From: an uncultured Verrucomicrobiota bacterium
GTDB taxonomy: Bacteria > Verrucomicrobiota > Verrucomicrobiia > Methylacidiphilales > CAMAQI01
Direction of reading: 5' to 3'
Assembly: GCA_964555235.1 (NCBI GenBank)
Contig: CAZKRU010000007.1
Coordinates: 10,359-74,358 of the forward strand
DNA length: 64,000 nucleotides
Made by a program: the position numbers and the translations under genes. The stretch's first letter is position 1. Every line of letters begins with the position of its first letter. Shown here in pieces: positions 45,400 to 54,857 of the stretch. The notes under the pieces are model-generated. The model saw only the letters and a program-made list of their open reading frames with translations, was not told where the DNA came from and searched no databases.

Positions 45400-47304
45400 T
45401 TAAGACGATTCTTTCACCGACTGATAAGGCATCTCCAGCGTGAAGGTAGTCCCTTGACCCCAACCACTACTGTATGCGGCCAAGGAACCGCCCATCTCCC
45501 TCGCCGTTAACGCCGCGCTGTGCAAGCCGAACCCATGGCCCGTTTTTTTAGTCGTAAAGCCATGCTCAAAGATGCGAGTCAAATTTTCGGCTGGAATACC
45601 AATCCCATTGTCAACGATCACCATACGGACACAATCCTCCCACTTACTCACTCGAAGAACCAAACACTTCTCCTCCCTGCCCGATTCGTCGCAAGCATCC
45701 ATGGCGTTACGCATCAGGTTCACCAGAATCTGCAAGACTTTGTGCTTATCGACGGTAATCAGTGGCGTCTCCTCAAATTCACGTATTACTTCAACGTCAT
45801 GATGCATCAGCGAACTGGCATTCATCTGTAGTGCATCTTCCATCAGACTATTCACCGTGACGGTTTCCATCACCCCGGAAACCTTCGCGTAGTTTTGTTG
45901 CATGGCCACGACGTCTTTAATATGTCCGATGTTCTTTTGTAACCGGGCCAGTTCCTCAAGTGCTATCGTCTGCTCGTGGGCCAGATGCTCGGCCAGTTGT
46001 GCGAGGTATCCGGGCAATTGTTGTCCTTTGGGATCTCGGGTCATGAACGCCCCCAAATCCGTTTCATGCTCGCGCAGCAACGCCACCACTTTGGACAAAT
46101 TGCCCGCCTTAGACCTCCTCACATTGTCGACCACAACCGCGGATGAAATATTCACACTATTCAGCACATTGCCAACATTATGGAGAACCCCGGTGGCCAC
46201 TTCCGCCATCCCCGCTTGACGCGAGATTTCGAGCAACTCCTTGTGGACAAATTTCAATTCACGCTCAGCATTTTTGCGCGCGGTAACATCGATCACCACC
46301 CCCTCAGCGAATCCCTTCTCCGGGTAATTGCGAGCGGAAAGGAGAAGTGATTTTTCCTCACCTTCCACAGCCCGCGAGGTGATCTCGAAATCGATCACTT
46401 CATTATGGCGGGCTAATTCTGCAATAAAGAGATCACTTTTCCCAAGGGGGAAACGTGTGAAAATATTTCTTTGGTTCATCGGAACACTTTCACTGGCAAG
46501 TCCAAAAAGCTGTGCCATGACTCGATTGGCTTTAAGAAAGCTGCCACCCGGAAATTCGATCTTCCAAAGCCCAACCGGAGCAGCGTCATAAAGATTGCGA
46601 TGCTGTTCCTCACTGAGATCCAGTTTCTGGATCGTTTCCGACAAAGGAGCGATGATCCTGCGATACACAAATACCGCCAGGAATAAAAACATCGCGATGC
46701 CGCCCAACAACAGGCCCGTTTGGTAAAATACGAGCAGATCAGTGCGACGAATATCCCGCTGCTGCATCAGTAAAAGGGTTTCGTCCACCTTTTCCACAAG
46801 CCTCGTGGCAGCCGTTTGCATCAGGGCAAGGTCGGGGTGATCTCGCAGTTGATTATTATCGGAGCGAAGCACCTTGACTGAAGCCCTTTTTACTTCTCCC
46901 CATAGGGTCTCGATTTCTTCCAAATGAGCGCGCACTTCAGGTGCTTCCACACGAGAAAGCACCAAGCTCGATGAGCCCCAACGAACCTCGCCCCCCTGTA
47001 ACAAACTCTGGATCGTCTGTTCAAATTGAGTCGAAGTCTCCAAGCTCAGTTCGCGCTGCTCCAAAAGAATCTTCCAGTCAGAAATGGAAAGACCGATTAA
47101 GGCAAGATTCGCTTGACGGACAAATTGCTGAACCAACATTCGAAGGCGACCCGTGGCGTTTATAATCCCCATTTCCTGCCGTCCGGCAAGAATGACGCCA
47201 TCAATCGTACGATTTGAATACAGCAGCACGACAGCTAAAATCAATAGCAACCCCGACAGCCGGAGCAAAAGAACACGCTTTAGAGAAGCAATCGAAGCAC
47301 TCAT
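45400..47304 (-). CDS. Sensor histidine kinase (PilJ/NarX-like periplasmic sensor + PAS)
   Basis: INATGRLRML P-box-like motif, two TM helices, PAS, GVLHNVGNVLNS H-box, DNGIG and GHGFGL G-boxes. Confidence 0.9.
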   Translation of the reverse strand: MSASIASLKRVLLLRLSGLLLILAVVLLYSNRTIDGVILAGRQEMGIINATGRLRMLVQQFVRQANLALIGLSISDWKILLEQRELSLETSTQFEQTIQSLLQGGEVRWGSSSLVLSRVEAPEVRAHLEEIETLWGEVKRASVKVLRSDNNQLRDHPDLALMQTAATRLVEKVDETLLLMQQRDIRRTDLLVFYQTGLLLGGIAMFLFLAVFVYRRIIAPLSETIQKLDLSEEQHRNLYDAAPVGLWKIEFPGGSFLKANRVMAQLFGLASESVPMNQRNIFTRFPLGKSDLFIAELARHNEVIDFEITSRAVEGEEKSLLLSARNYPEKGFAEGVVIDVTARKNAERELKFVHKELLEISRQAGMAEVATGVLHNVGNVLNSVNISSAVVVDNVRRSKAGNLSKVVALLREHETDLGAFMTRDPKGQQLPGYLAQLAEHLAHEQTIALEELARLQKNIGHIKDVVAMQQNYAKVSGVMETVTVNSLMEDALQMNASSLMHHDVEVIREFEETPLITVDKHKVLQILVNLMRNAMDACDESGREEKCLVLRVSKWEDCVRMVIVDNGIGIPAENLTRIFEHGFTTKKTGHGFGLHSAALTAREMGGSLAAYSSGWGQGTTFTLEMPYQSVKESS

Positions 47305-47332
47305 GCGGATTCAATGTTTAATTTCTGGACAT

Positions 47333-48295
47333 TTATCGGATCGAATTGAATCCAATTTTCTCTGCCGCTTTTTTCATCTGACGAATATCATCATAATTGC
47401 TGTCATCGACTTTGACAAATCGCTCTACCAACGCTTCATCCAAAATCTTGCGACCTTCAGGATCCGTATTCATCCCCAAAAGAGCGGCCTGTAGTTTTTC
47501 TCGTCGATCTTCTGAAATTTTAACCGAACTCACCACCGGACAAATTCCCGCAGGACCTCGACTCTCGATTACTCGCACTTTATCGACATTCCCCATTCCT
47601 TTCGCGCGGTCATAATCCAACACTAAGCTATCCACAAAACTGGCGTCGGCCTCTCCCATTGCCACCATACGGATCGATTCCTCATGAGAGCCCGAGCGGA
47701 GCACTTTCCCAAAAAAACCCTTAGTTTCCCCCATTTCAACCAGCTTATGCCTCGGCATATTATAACCCGAATTAGAAAGTTCATCATTATAAACATAAGT
47801 CTTACCCTTCAAGTCCATGATGCTCTGGAAAGAACTTTCCTTTTTTACGATGAGATCGGAGAAATACTTAGGCTGACCACCATAACGAGCTGCCTTCATA
47901 ATGGGTGCCACAAGAAGCGCAACGCTCGGCTGAGCCTTGTCATGCTCCATCACATAAGGCAAACCGCAAACAAACGCAGCATCCACCGCACCCGCGGCGA
48001 GCATCTGATTAATCGTCCCATAAGCCAATCCAGTAACGAATTCGCACCGGATACCCGATTTCACAGAAACGTAATTGGCGATTTTCTGATACACACGAAT
48101 CCCGGATTCTGAAACAAACGCAGCGGACATGGCCAAGCGGAGGGGAGGAGCCTCCTGAACAGAAGGAGTGGTTTTCGAAATCTGCGCCCGTGCATTTAAC
48201 ATCAGCGCATGAACCACCAAGACCGATACGAGCAACCGAGAGGCACGGAGAAACAGGAAACGAGTTGAATTTTTCATAACAGATGGAGTGTTCAT
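47333..48295 (-). CDS. PhnD-like (phosphate/phosphonate) periplasmic binding protein
   Basis: VDAAFVCGLPY, YFSDLIV, DLKGKT, SNSGYNMP, SGSHEESIRMVAMGEADA, VDS. Confidence 0.85.
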   Translation of the reverse strand: MNTPSVMKNSTRFLFLRASRLLVSVLVVHALMLNARAQISKTTPSVQEAPPLRLAMSAAFVSESGIRVYQKIANYVSVKSGIRCEFVTGLAYGTINQMLAAGAVDAAFVCGLPYVMEHDKAQPSVALLVAPIMKAARYGGQPKYFSDLIVKKESSFQSIMDLKGKTYVYNDELSNSGYNMPRHKLVEMGETKGFFGKVLRSGSHEESIRMVAMGEADASFVDSLVLDYDRAKGMGNVDKVRVIESRGPAGICPVVSSVKISEDRREKLQAALLGMNTDPEGRKILDEALVERFVKVDDSNYDDIRQMKKAAEKIGFNSIR

Positions 48296-49893
48296 TGATT
48301 TGATTTTCCCGAGGGGTTTTTCTTCGAATCGAGTGGAAGTTCAAGTGTAAACGTTGCGCCAGTGCCAGTACCCTCACTCTGTACAGTGAGACTCCCTCCC
48401 ATCTCCTTCGCTGCCAGAGCGGCACTGTGTAAGCCGAATCCATGACCATCTTTTTTAGTGGTAAAGCCATGCGCAAAAATGCGTGCGAGATTTTTTTGGG
48501 AGATTCCAACTCCATTGTCACTTACCCCAATACGAACACGCTGATTCTCTTTACCAATATGAAGCGTCAACCGCTTCTCGGTTTGGCTTGATTCGACACA
48601 AGCTTGCTCGGCGTTGCACACCAAATTGGCTAGGATTTGAAGCACCTTGTGTTTCTCGGTGGTAATCGGCGGGACCGCTTCAAACTCGCGAATGATCTTG
48701 ATATTCTGACTCGCCAGCGCACTGGCGTTCATGCGTAGAACATCTTCCATCAATTCGCTAATTTTGATGGTCTCCGTGACGCCAGAGACTTTAGAAATAC
48801 TCTGCTGCATCGCCACAATATCTTTGATGTGTTCAATATTTTTTTGGAGCAAGGCAAGCTCTTCGAGTGTGGTCGTCTGCTCACTGGCGAGATGTTCGGC
48901 CAGTTGTGCAAGGTATCCCGGCAATTGCTGGCCTTTGGGATCGTTTGTCATGAAAACTCCCAAATCCTTTTCATGTTCGCGCAACAAGGCCACCACTTTA
49001 GACAAATTCGCAGCCTTGGATCTCCTCACATTATCGGCCACGACCGTAGATGAAACGTTCACGCTGTTCAGCACATTCCCAACGTTGTGGAGAACCCCTG
49101 TGGCCACTTCCGCCATCCCCGCCTGACGCGAGGTTTCCAAAAGTTGCTTGTGAGTTTCTTCGAGTTTGAGTTGCATATCGACGCGGTCCTGAATTTCCAT
49201 CTGTAATTCAGCCGTTCGCTTCTCCACGCAACCTTCCACCTGTTGATTAATTGCTTCCAGATTGGCGCGCCGCGCCGCCGCCTCAAACATCTCCTTGACG
49301 CTCTGTCGGATGGAAATCAGCAGAAAGGTATCTTCGAAAAGCACCCAACCCGCGTGCTCAATCCAGCGCCAGGGGCTCGCCGTCAATACGCCAAAAACCG
49401 ATTGTGGCCAAAATAACCCGCGCATGAGATGGTCCGCAGCCACCACGACGGTCGCTGTCGTAAGCACACGCCAATCCCGATAAAAAGCCAGAAACGCTAA
49501 CGAACCAAAAACATGGAAATGCGTTTCAATGCGTCCTCCGGTCAAATGAATCAAGAGCGCTGAAGTCAGCATTTGAGCCACCGCAATCACATGACGGGTC
49601 AAAGCACTCCCCGGTTGCTTGTAAGCAAGAAAAACCGGAAAAGACGTAATCATGCCTCCCAGAAAAATGGCCGCCCATACATGCCAATGCGTTTGGCTCG
49701 AAGCACCAATCCAGGTCTTCGGAGAAATCCACAAGGCTGCCGCAATTCCTGCCAGCCATTGTAGCACCATCAGTTTCGCAAATAGACGATCGGTTCGTTG
49801 ATAAATGCTGTCCTGATCCTCCCGAAAGAGCACATGGGTCCGTTCCACAATGATCTCTTGAGGGATAACGTCACTCGCGCTCATGGCTTGCAT
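48292..49893 (-). CDS. Integral-membrane sensor histidine kinase (RedC-like)
   Basis: DRLFAKLMVLQW...LIHLTGGRIETHFHVFGSLAFLAFYRDW membrane sensor; GVLHNVGNVLNS H-box; start uncertain. Confidence 0.88.
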   Translation of the reverse strand: MQAMSASDVIPQEIIVERTHVLFREDQDSIYQRTDRLFAKLMVLQWLAGIAAALWISPKTWIGASSQTHWHVWAAIFLGGMITSFPVFLAYKQPGSALTRHVIAVAQMLTSALLIHLTGGRIETHFHVFGSLAFLAFYRDWRVLTTATVVVAADHLMRGLFWPQSVFGVLTASPWRWIEHAGWVLFEDTFLLISIRQSVKEMFEAAARRANLEAINQQVEGCVEKRTAELQMEIQDRVDMQLKLEETHKQLLETSRQAGMAEVATGVLHNVGNVLNSVNVSSTVVADNVRRSKAANLSKVVALLREHEKDLGVFMTNDPKGQQLPGYLAQLAEHLASEQTTTLEELALLQKNIEHIKDIVAMQQSISKVSGVTETIKISELMEDVLRMNASALASQNIKIIREFEAVPPITTEKHKVLQILANLVCNAEQACVESSQTEKRLTLHIGKENQRVRIGVSDNGVGISQKNLARIFAHGFTTKKDGHGFGLHSAALAAKEMGGSLTVQSEGTGTGATFTLELPLDSKKNPSGKSNQ

Positions 49894-50618
49894 TCCAAGT
49901 CCCCCTTCCGACTTCCGATTTCCAGAAAAGAACAACCAAAAACAAGAGTTTTTTCAGGTTTTGAAACCTCATCCTGCAATAAACTCATAATACTACTGCG
50001 ACCAGGATTATCTCCTGAGTGACCTCGGGAAATTGTGATCCCTCCCTGAAACATCAAACGCCCGCTTTGGTGATAAAGAACCGTGTGACCAGAGGTCTCG
50101 GAATGGAAACGAGTCGCTTCCACCCCCCCATTGTCGCTGTGAACCGTCACACCGGGAATCGCAGCGGCTTGACGCCATAAATCCGTATTCACCCAATCCT
50201 GAGTTACCTCTAAGGGCTTGAAAAATAGCACGTGAACCTTCAATTGCCCCTGAGCATTTGCTTGGAGAATCTCCAATTCGCCGAGACTCGCTCGCGTGCA
50301 GGGACAGTGGGGATGAGCGAATAGAATGAGAGTCGGCAGACGAACATCGAGTGGAATTTGACTCTGAGTGGGCCAATGAAATGGAGAGGCTTTCGAGGCT
50401 CCCGCGGTGTTCGAATAAACCACCATTACGACCGAGGCGGTGACGACGACTGAAAACCAGAGCAAACCCAAAATAATTACGATCGTGGAGGCGCGCCGCG
50501 GCACGCCACCCAAGTGAGTCAGATCGGACCCTTGGCTCGAGCTGACGGCAGATATGAGGTGCGAATTCATGATGTCCGCTGCAGAAGTGATCACCTCACT
50601 CCTGTCATTCAAAGTCAT
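49881..50618 (-). CDS. RedB-like thioredoxin-fold membrane protein
   Basis: TM helix then LILFAHPHCPCTRASLGEL, TSGHTVLY, GGITISRGHSGDN, VFGC. Confidence 0.75.
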   Translation of the reverse strand: MTLNDRSEVITSAADIMNSHLISAVSSSQGSDLTHLGGVPRRASTIVIILGLLWFSVVVTASVVMVVYSNTAGASKASPFHWPTQSQIPLDVRLPTLILFAHPHCPCTRASLGELEILQANAQGQLKVHVLFFKPLEVTQDWVNTDLWRQAAAIPGVTVHSDNGGVEATRFHSETSGHTVLYHQSGRLMFQGGITISRGHSGDNPGRSSIMSLLQDEVSKPEKTLVFGCSFLEIGSRKGDLECKP

Positions 50619-50626
50619 CTTTTTGA

Positions 50627-51790
50627 TTATTCTAAAGTATCCTCAATGTGAATCGGCATCTTCAATTGATACAATTCTGAAAAATTGAATATTTTGTGAA
50701 TCAGTGGATTTTGTAAAACCTGTCCCTCACCCACAATCAACATTCCATCGACCGTTTCAATTTTGGAGCGAGTCACCTGTCCTGGAAGCAAATCTTTAAT
50801 GTGATGCAATATTCGGATTTTTGGCACTTTACTGACAGGCCCTTTTTGAATTTCCAGCAGATGAGCCGCAAGTACCTCAAGAATCTCAGGATCATAGGTT
50901 CCAATTGAAAGTTTCATGGACTCCAGCACTTTTCCCCCAGGCTTTCCACAGGAGGTCAATTGCACGAAATCTGCGGCGACTTTCAGAACTCTCGCCCCCA
51001 ACGGAATGTCAGCTCCCTTCCGATCATCAAAAGGAAAACCCTTACCATCAAACGATTTATTCTGATACTGAATAATCGTGGAAACTTCCTCCATACGCGG
51101 GATTTGTGAAATGAGACTGGAGGAAGTTTGGGGAATGCGCTGGAACACTTCACGCTCGATGATCGTCAACTCCTCACCGCTTCGCTCCCGGATCAAAAGG
51201 TCGTGAGGCAGTGTTACCATACTAATACGTGCCAGCATCGCGGCAACCTCGAGCGACCAAGAATCGGCTTTCAAATGATTCCCCATCACACGCGCGATCG
51301 ATCGGACCGATTGAGATCTTCCAAAAATTTCAGGGTCAAACAATGACATGATTTCCATCAGAACCTGAACACTCCCATTCAGGGTCTTCTCCAGAAGCGT
51401 TCGCTCCGCCGTAATCAAGCGATATTGACTCAATGCCGCCTGCAACATCTGGGACAAATGATCGGTCTCACAGGGCTTGGTCAAAAAACGGAAAACCTGT
51501 CCCTCATTCACCGCTTGAATCGTAGCGTTTAAATCCGCATTTCCGGAAAGCATGAGCCGAACACAGTCCGGCGCAAGTTTTTGGGCTTTTGCTAAAAGCT
51601 CCAACCCATTCATTCCCGGCATTTGAAGATCCGTCATCATTACGGCGATCTGGGGATTGACTCGAAGTCGTTCCAAAGCCTCGGCTCCCCCTGCCGCCAC
51701 TTCAAAGGTAAACTGGCCATGTAATTTTCGGGTAATTCCCGAAGCAACATTCGGTTCATCATCAACTATCAGGATCGTTTCTTGATTCAT
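50627..51790 (-). CDS. Response regulator, REC + degenerate HD-GYP-like domain
   Basis: ILIVDDE, TDLQMPGMNG, FLTKP; HD replaced (MLARIS), DGKGFP, IPLGARVL. Confidence 0.85.
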   Translation of the reverse strand: MNQETILIVDDEPNVASGITRKLHGQFTFEVAAGGAEALERLRVNPQIAVMMTDLQMPGMNGLELLAKAQKLAPDCVRLMLSGNADLNATIQAVNEGQVFRFLTKPCETDHLSQMLQAALSQYRLITAERTLLEKTLNGSVQVLMEIMSLFDPEIFGRSQSVRSIARVMGNHLKADSWSLEVAAMLARISMVTLPHDLLIRERSGEELTIIEREVFQRIPQTSSSLISQIPRMEEVSTIIQYQNKSFDGKGFPFDDRKGADIPLGARVLKVAADFVQLTSCGKPGGKVLESMKLSIGTYDPEILEVLAAHLLEIQKGPVSKVPKIRILHHIKDLLPGQVTRSKIETVDGMLIVGEGQVLQNPLIHKIFNFSELYQLKMPIHIEDTLE

Positions 51791-52983
51791 ATGGTTTCCA
51801 GGTTAGCGAATTTTTCTATCCAATACTGAGGTTCCGAATCCAAACTCAACTGTTTTAAATACTCAATACAAGGCTCCTCCTTCGTCAATATTCGTCTTTC
51901 TCGTGCGTGAGCCAAAAACTCTCCCAAATGCGTCGCCGTCAGTGGAGAAACGTCATTCAATTTTGCCTGGAGGGGGTCATGATGAAAACGAACCGCCTCA
52001 ACCAGCGGAGTCGGAAGCCCCCACAATCCTAGGAGATAGGCCCCCACCTCCGGGTGGGCAATTCCAAACATTTCGCGCTCCAACTCTCTCAGGAAACGCC
52101 CCTCTTTTCGCGCCCGTTCCAAGCACTCCCGATACTCCTCAGGAAACGCTTTAGAAAATACGAACTTCCCCACATCATGGAGAAGTCCCGCCGTATAAGA
52201 AAGGTCGGCAAATGCCTTCTGATGCGTGAGCTCCATCCCTACACTGCGAGAGAAACAAGCAACCTGCAGGGCGTGTCCCCACAGCGATTCCAAGGGAGGA
52301 TAACTAATTTCAAACTGGGAAAAAACCTTGAAAACCAGCACGATCGATTTGATGGACTCTACCCCGAGTGTCCGAAGTGCGCTTGATAAATCCGAAACGC
52401 CCTCCGCGCTCCCACCTCCAAAAAATGCGGAATTGGCTACTTGGAGAACCTTCGCCGTCAGGGGCGCATCTTTTTGGATCACCTCGATGATCGAGTCCAT
52501 GTGCGCGTCTGGATCGTTTGTTAATTCCTGCAAGCGAAGATAGACCTCCGGAAGCGTCGGAAGTACCTTGATTTGGGAAACCATGGAGCGAATCGAATCG
52601 TTTTCAAAAAGCGACTGAAATTCAAGCGACCGGCGAATCGATCGAACCAGCGTCGCCTGATCGCACGGTTTTGCCAGGAGCTGATGCGTCACCCCGAGCG
52701 TTTTGAGCAATAGATTCTTTTCCGCATGTCCCGAAAGGATAAAACGGATGATTCGCGGGTAAAGTCGGCAGACCTCGCTGAGGAACTCGTTCCCATCCAT
52801 TCCAACCATTCGCAAATCACTCACGACGACATCAAATGGCTGCTCGTTCAGCAACTGAAGCCCCTGCGCCCCACTGGTGGCAATGCTCACGGAAAACTCC
52901 GTGCCATGAAGCATGCGTTGCAATCCACGCACGACCCGCTCCTCGTCATCGATCAGCAAAACACGGCAAACGTTCGGATTCAT
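51787..52983 (-). CDS. Response regulator, REC + HDOD
   Basis: LLIDDE, SDLRMVGMDG; LPTLPEVY, LTAKVLQVANSAFF, GLLHDVGK, HPEVGAYLLGLWGLP. Confidence 0.9.
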   Translation of the reverse strand: MNPNVCRVLLIDDEERVVRGLQRMLHGTEFSVSIATSGAQGLQLLNEQPFDVVVSDLRMVGMDGNEFLSEVCRLYPRIIRFILSGHAEKNLLLKTLGVTHQLLAKPCDQATLVRSIRRSLEFQSLFENDSIRSMVSQIKVLPTLPEVYLRLQELTNDPDAHMDSIIEVIQKDAPLTAKVLQVANSAFFGGGSAEGVSDLSSALRTLGVESIKSIVLVFKVFSQFEISYPPLESLWGHALQVACFSRSVGMELTHQKAFADLSYTAGLLHDVGKFVFSKAFPEEYRECLERARKEGRFLRELEREMFGIAHPEVGAYLLGLWGLPTPLVEAVRFHHDPLQAKLNDVSPLTATHLGEFLAHARERRILTKEEPCIEYLKQLSLDSEPQYWIEKFANLETI

Positions 52984-54857
52984 GACGAATCCTTCATTGG
53001 AATTTCCACACAAAAGACCGTCCCCTCTCCCTCCTTGGATGTCACTCCGATCCGACCCCCGTGCTTTTTAACAATCACCTGATGACTGATGTATAGCCCC
53101 TGTCCCGTCCCTTTTCCAAGCGCCTTTGTGGTGAAGAAAGGATCAAAGATCCGCGTCCTGATTTTCTCCGGAATTCCAGGACCATCATCCTCAATCTCAA
53201 TCCGCGCAAACCCCTCTTGACACGAAGTTGTCACCCGGATCACCCCTTTCTTTCCTGTCCCTGCTTGTTTTTCAGAAATCGCCTGCGCCGCATTCACAAT
53301 CAGATTCAGAACCACCTCGTTCAAATCACTCGAGTAACAAGGAACCGGAGGAAGATTGGGATCAAATATTTTTTCAATGTCAGCGAAGTACTTCCACTCA
53401 TTTCGAGCAACGGTAATGGTGGTTTCAATCGAATGGTTCAGATCCACATTGGTTTTCTCATCGGAGTGATGCGCAAACTCCCGCATTGCCCGCACAATGG
53501 AAATAATCCTCTGCAACCCCTCCTTGGCATCCTCAAGCGCACGAGGAACCTCCTGAAAAATATAGGTAAGCTGATCCTCCTGCACGCTCTTGCCTTTCTG
53601 GGCCTCCAGATAATCCGATAAAACTTTTGAAATCGTCGGCCAGTTTTCCTGCACAAAAAGCACGCTATCGGAAATAAACTGTGTTGGGGTGTTGATCTCA
53701 TGCGCAATCCCCGAAGCCAGCTGACCGATGGCCTCCATTTTATGCGAAAGCGCCGTTTGCGTCTGCCGTTCCCGCTCGTCGGTCACATCCCTCAACACAT
53801 AAATACTGGAAACCGAGCTATCGTCATTCATCATGGGAGCGCTCTTGACCGAATAAAGACGTCCATTGTTCGGGTGATGCGCTTCGTAATGCACCCCATT
53901 CTCCCGCTTCGTATCGTCCAGATAACAACACTGCTGCATTTGATCTTCCCCGAAAACCACCTCGTTGCTCAGCCGCCCCACCACATTCCCAAAAGCTTGA
54001 ATCATCGCCGAATTCGCATATTCAATCCGGTGTTCCGCGTTACAGACATAACACGGATCGGCAAATGCATCCATGATGGAGCTCAAACGTCGTTCATTCG
54101 TCCTGACCGCATTCTCGGCGGCCTTGCGCAGGGTTACATCACGAATGATCGCAATGACGCTCCATCGCCCTGAAAGGAGAACGGCAGAAAGAGAAAGCTC
54201 CACAGCGATCTCCGTGCCATCCTTCCGACAAGCGGTCCACTCGGAGGTCGTTCCCCCTTCTTTTCGTTCCCGGCACCAAACGGCAAACCATTCTGCGTAT
54301 TTCTCACGATCAGACGGGGAAACAATCAGCTCATGGAGGGCCTTCCCATCCGTCTCCATCGCGAGATAACCGAACATTCGTTCCGCCGCCTGATTCCAAT
54401 ACGTGACCCCCCAAATGAGATCCACCATGATTACCGCATCGTGAACCGCATTCGCCATGGTATGAAACTTACTCTCACTCTCCTGAAGCTCTGCCCGCCC
54501 CGCTTGCCGTGGAGTCACATCAAAGAATGTCACCGTCAGTACCACCGAGGTGCTATGAAGCGAAACATCCAGCGGTTGCAAGAGAATGTCATAGGCTCGA
54601 ATCCCATCTGAAAATGCAATCTCCCTCAAAAACCGCTCTTCCTCCACATGCTCCACTTTGAGAAAATCCTGAATTGCAATCACCAGCGGTTTTAATTTCG
54701 GATCCACCTCTGCAGGATCATAACTCCATCCGTCCCACTCCCTCATTTGACAAAACATTTCCGAAGCCGCCGGAGTCACCGCGAGAATCCCCCCCTCCGC
54801 ATTGACCCAGACCATGGGAGGAAGAAACCGGTCAAAATTGAGTGGGGAAAGACTCAT
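52980..54857 (-). CDS. Cytoplasmic multi-PAS histidine kinase
   Basis: WNQAAERMFGY PAS; [15 protein letters not shown]-box; FDPFFTTK..GKGTGQGL. Confidence 0.9.
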   Translation of the reverse strand: MSLSPLNFDRFLPPMVWVNAEGGILAVTPAASEMFCQMREWDGWSYDPAEVDPKLKPLVIAIQDFLKVEHVEEERFLREIAFSDGIRAYDILLQPLDVSLHSTSVVLTVTFFDVTPRQAGRAELQESESKFHTMANAVHDAVIMVDLIWGVTYWNQAAERMFGYLAMETDGKALHELIVSPSDREKYAEWFAVWCRERKEGGTTSEWTACRKDGTEIAVELSLSAVLLSGRWSVIAIIRDVTLRKAAENAVRTNERRLSSIMDAFADPCYVCNAEHRIEYANSAMIQAFGNVVGRLSNEVVFGEDQMQQCCYLDDTKRENGVHYEAHHPNNGRLYSVKSAPMMNDDSSVSSIYVLRDVTDERERQTQTALSHKMEAIGQLASGIAHEINTPTQFISDSVLFVQENWPTISKVLSDYLEAQKGKSVQEDQLTYIFQEVPRALEDAKEGLQRIISIVRAMREFAHHSDEKTNVDLNHSIETTITVARNEWKYFADIEKIFDPNLPPVPCYSSDLNEVVLNLIVNAAQAISEKQAGTGKKGVIRVTTSCQEGFARIEIEDDGPGIPEKIRTRIFDPFFTTKALGKGTGQGLYISHQVIVKKHGGRIGVTSKEGEGTVFCVEIPMKDSS

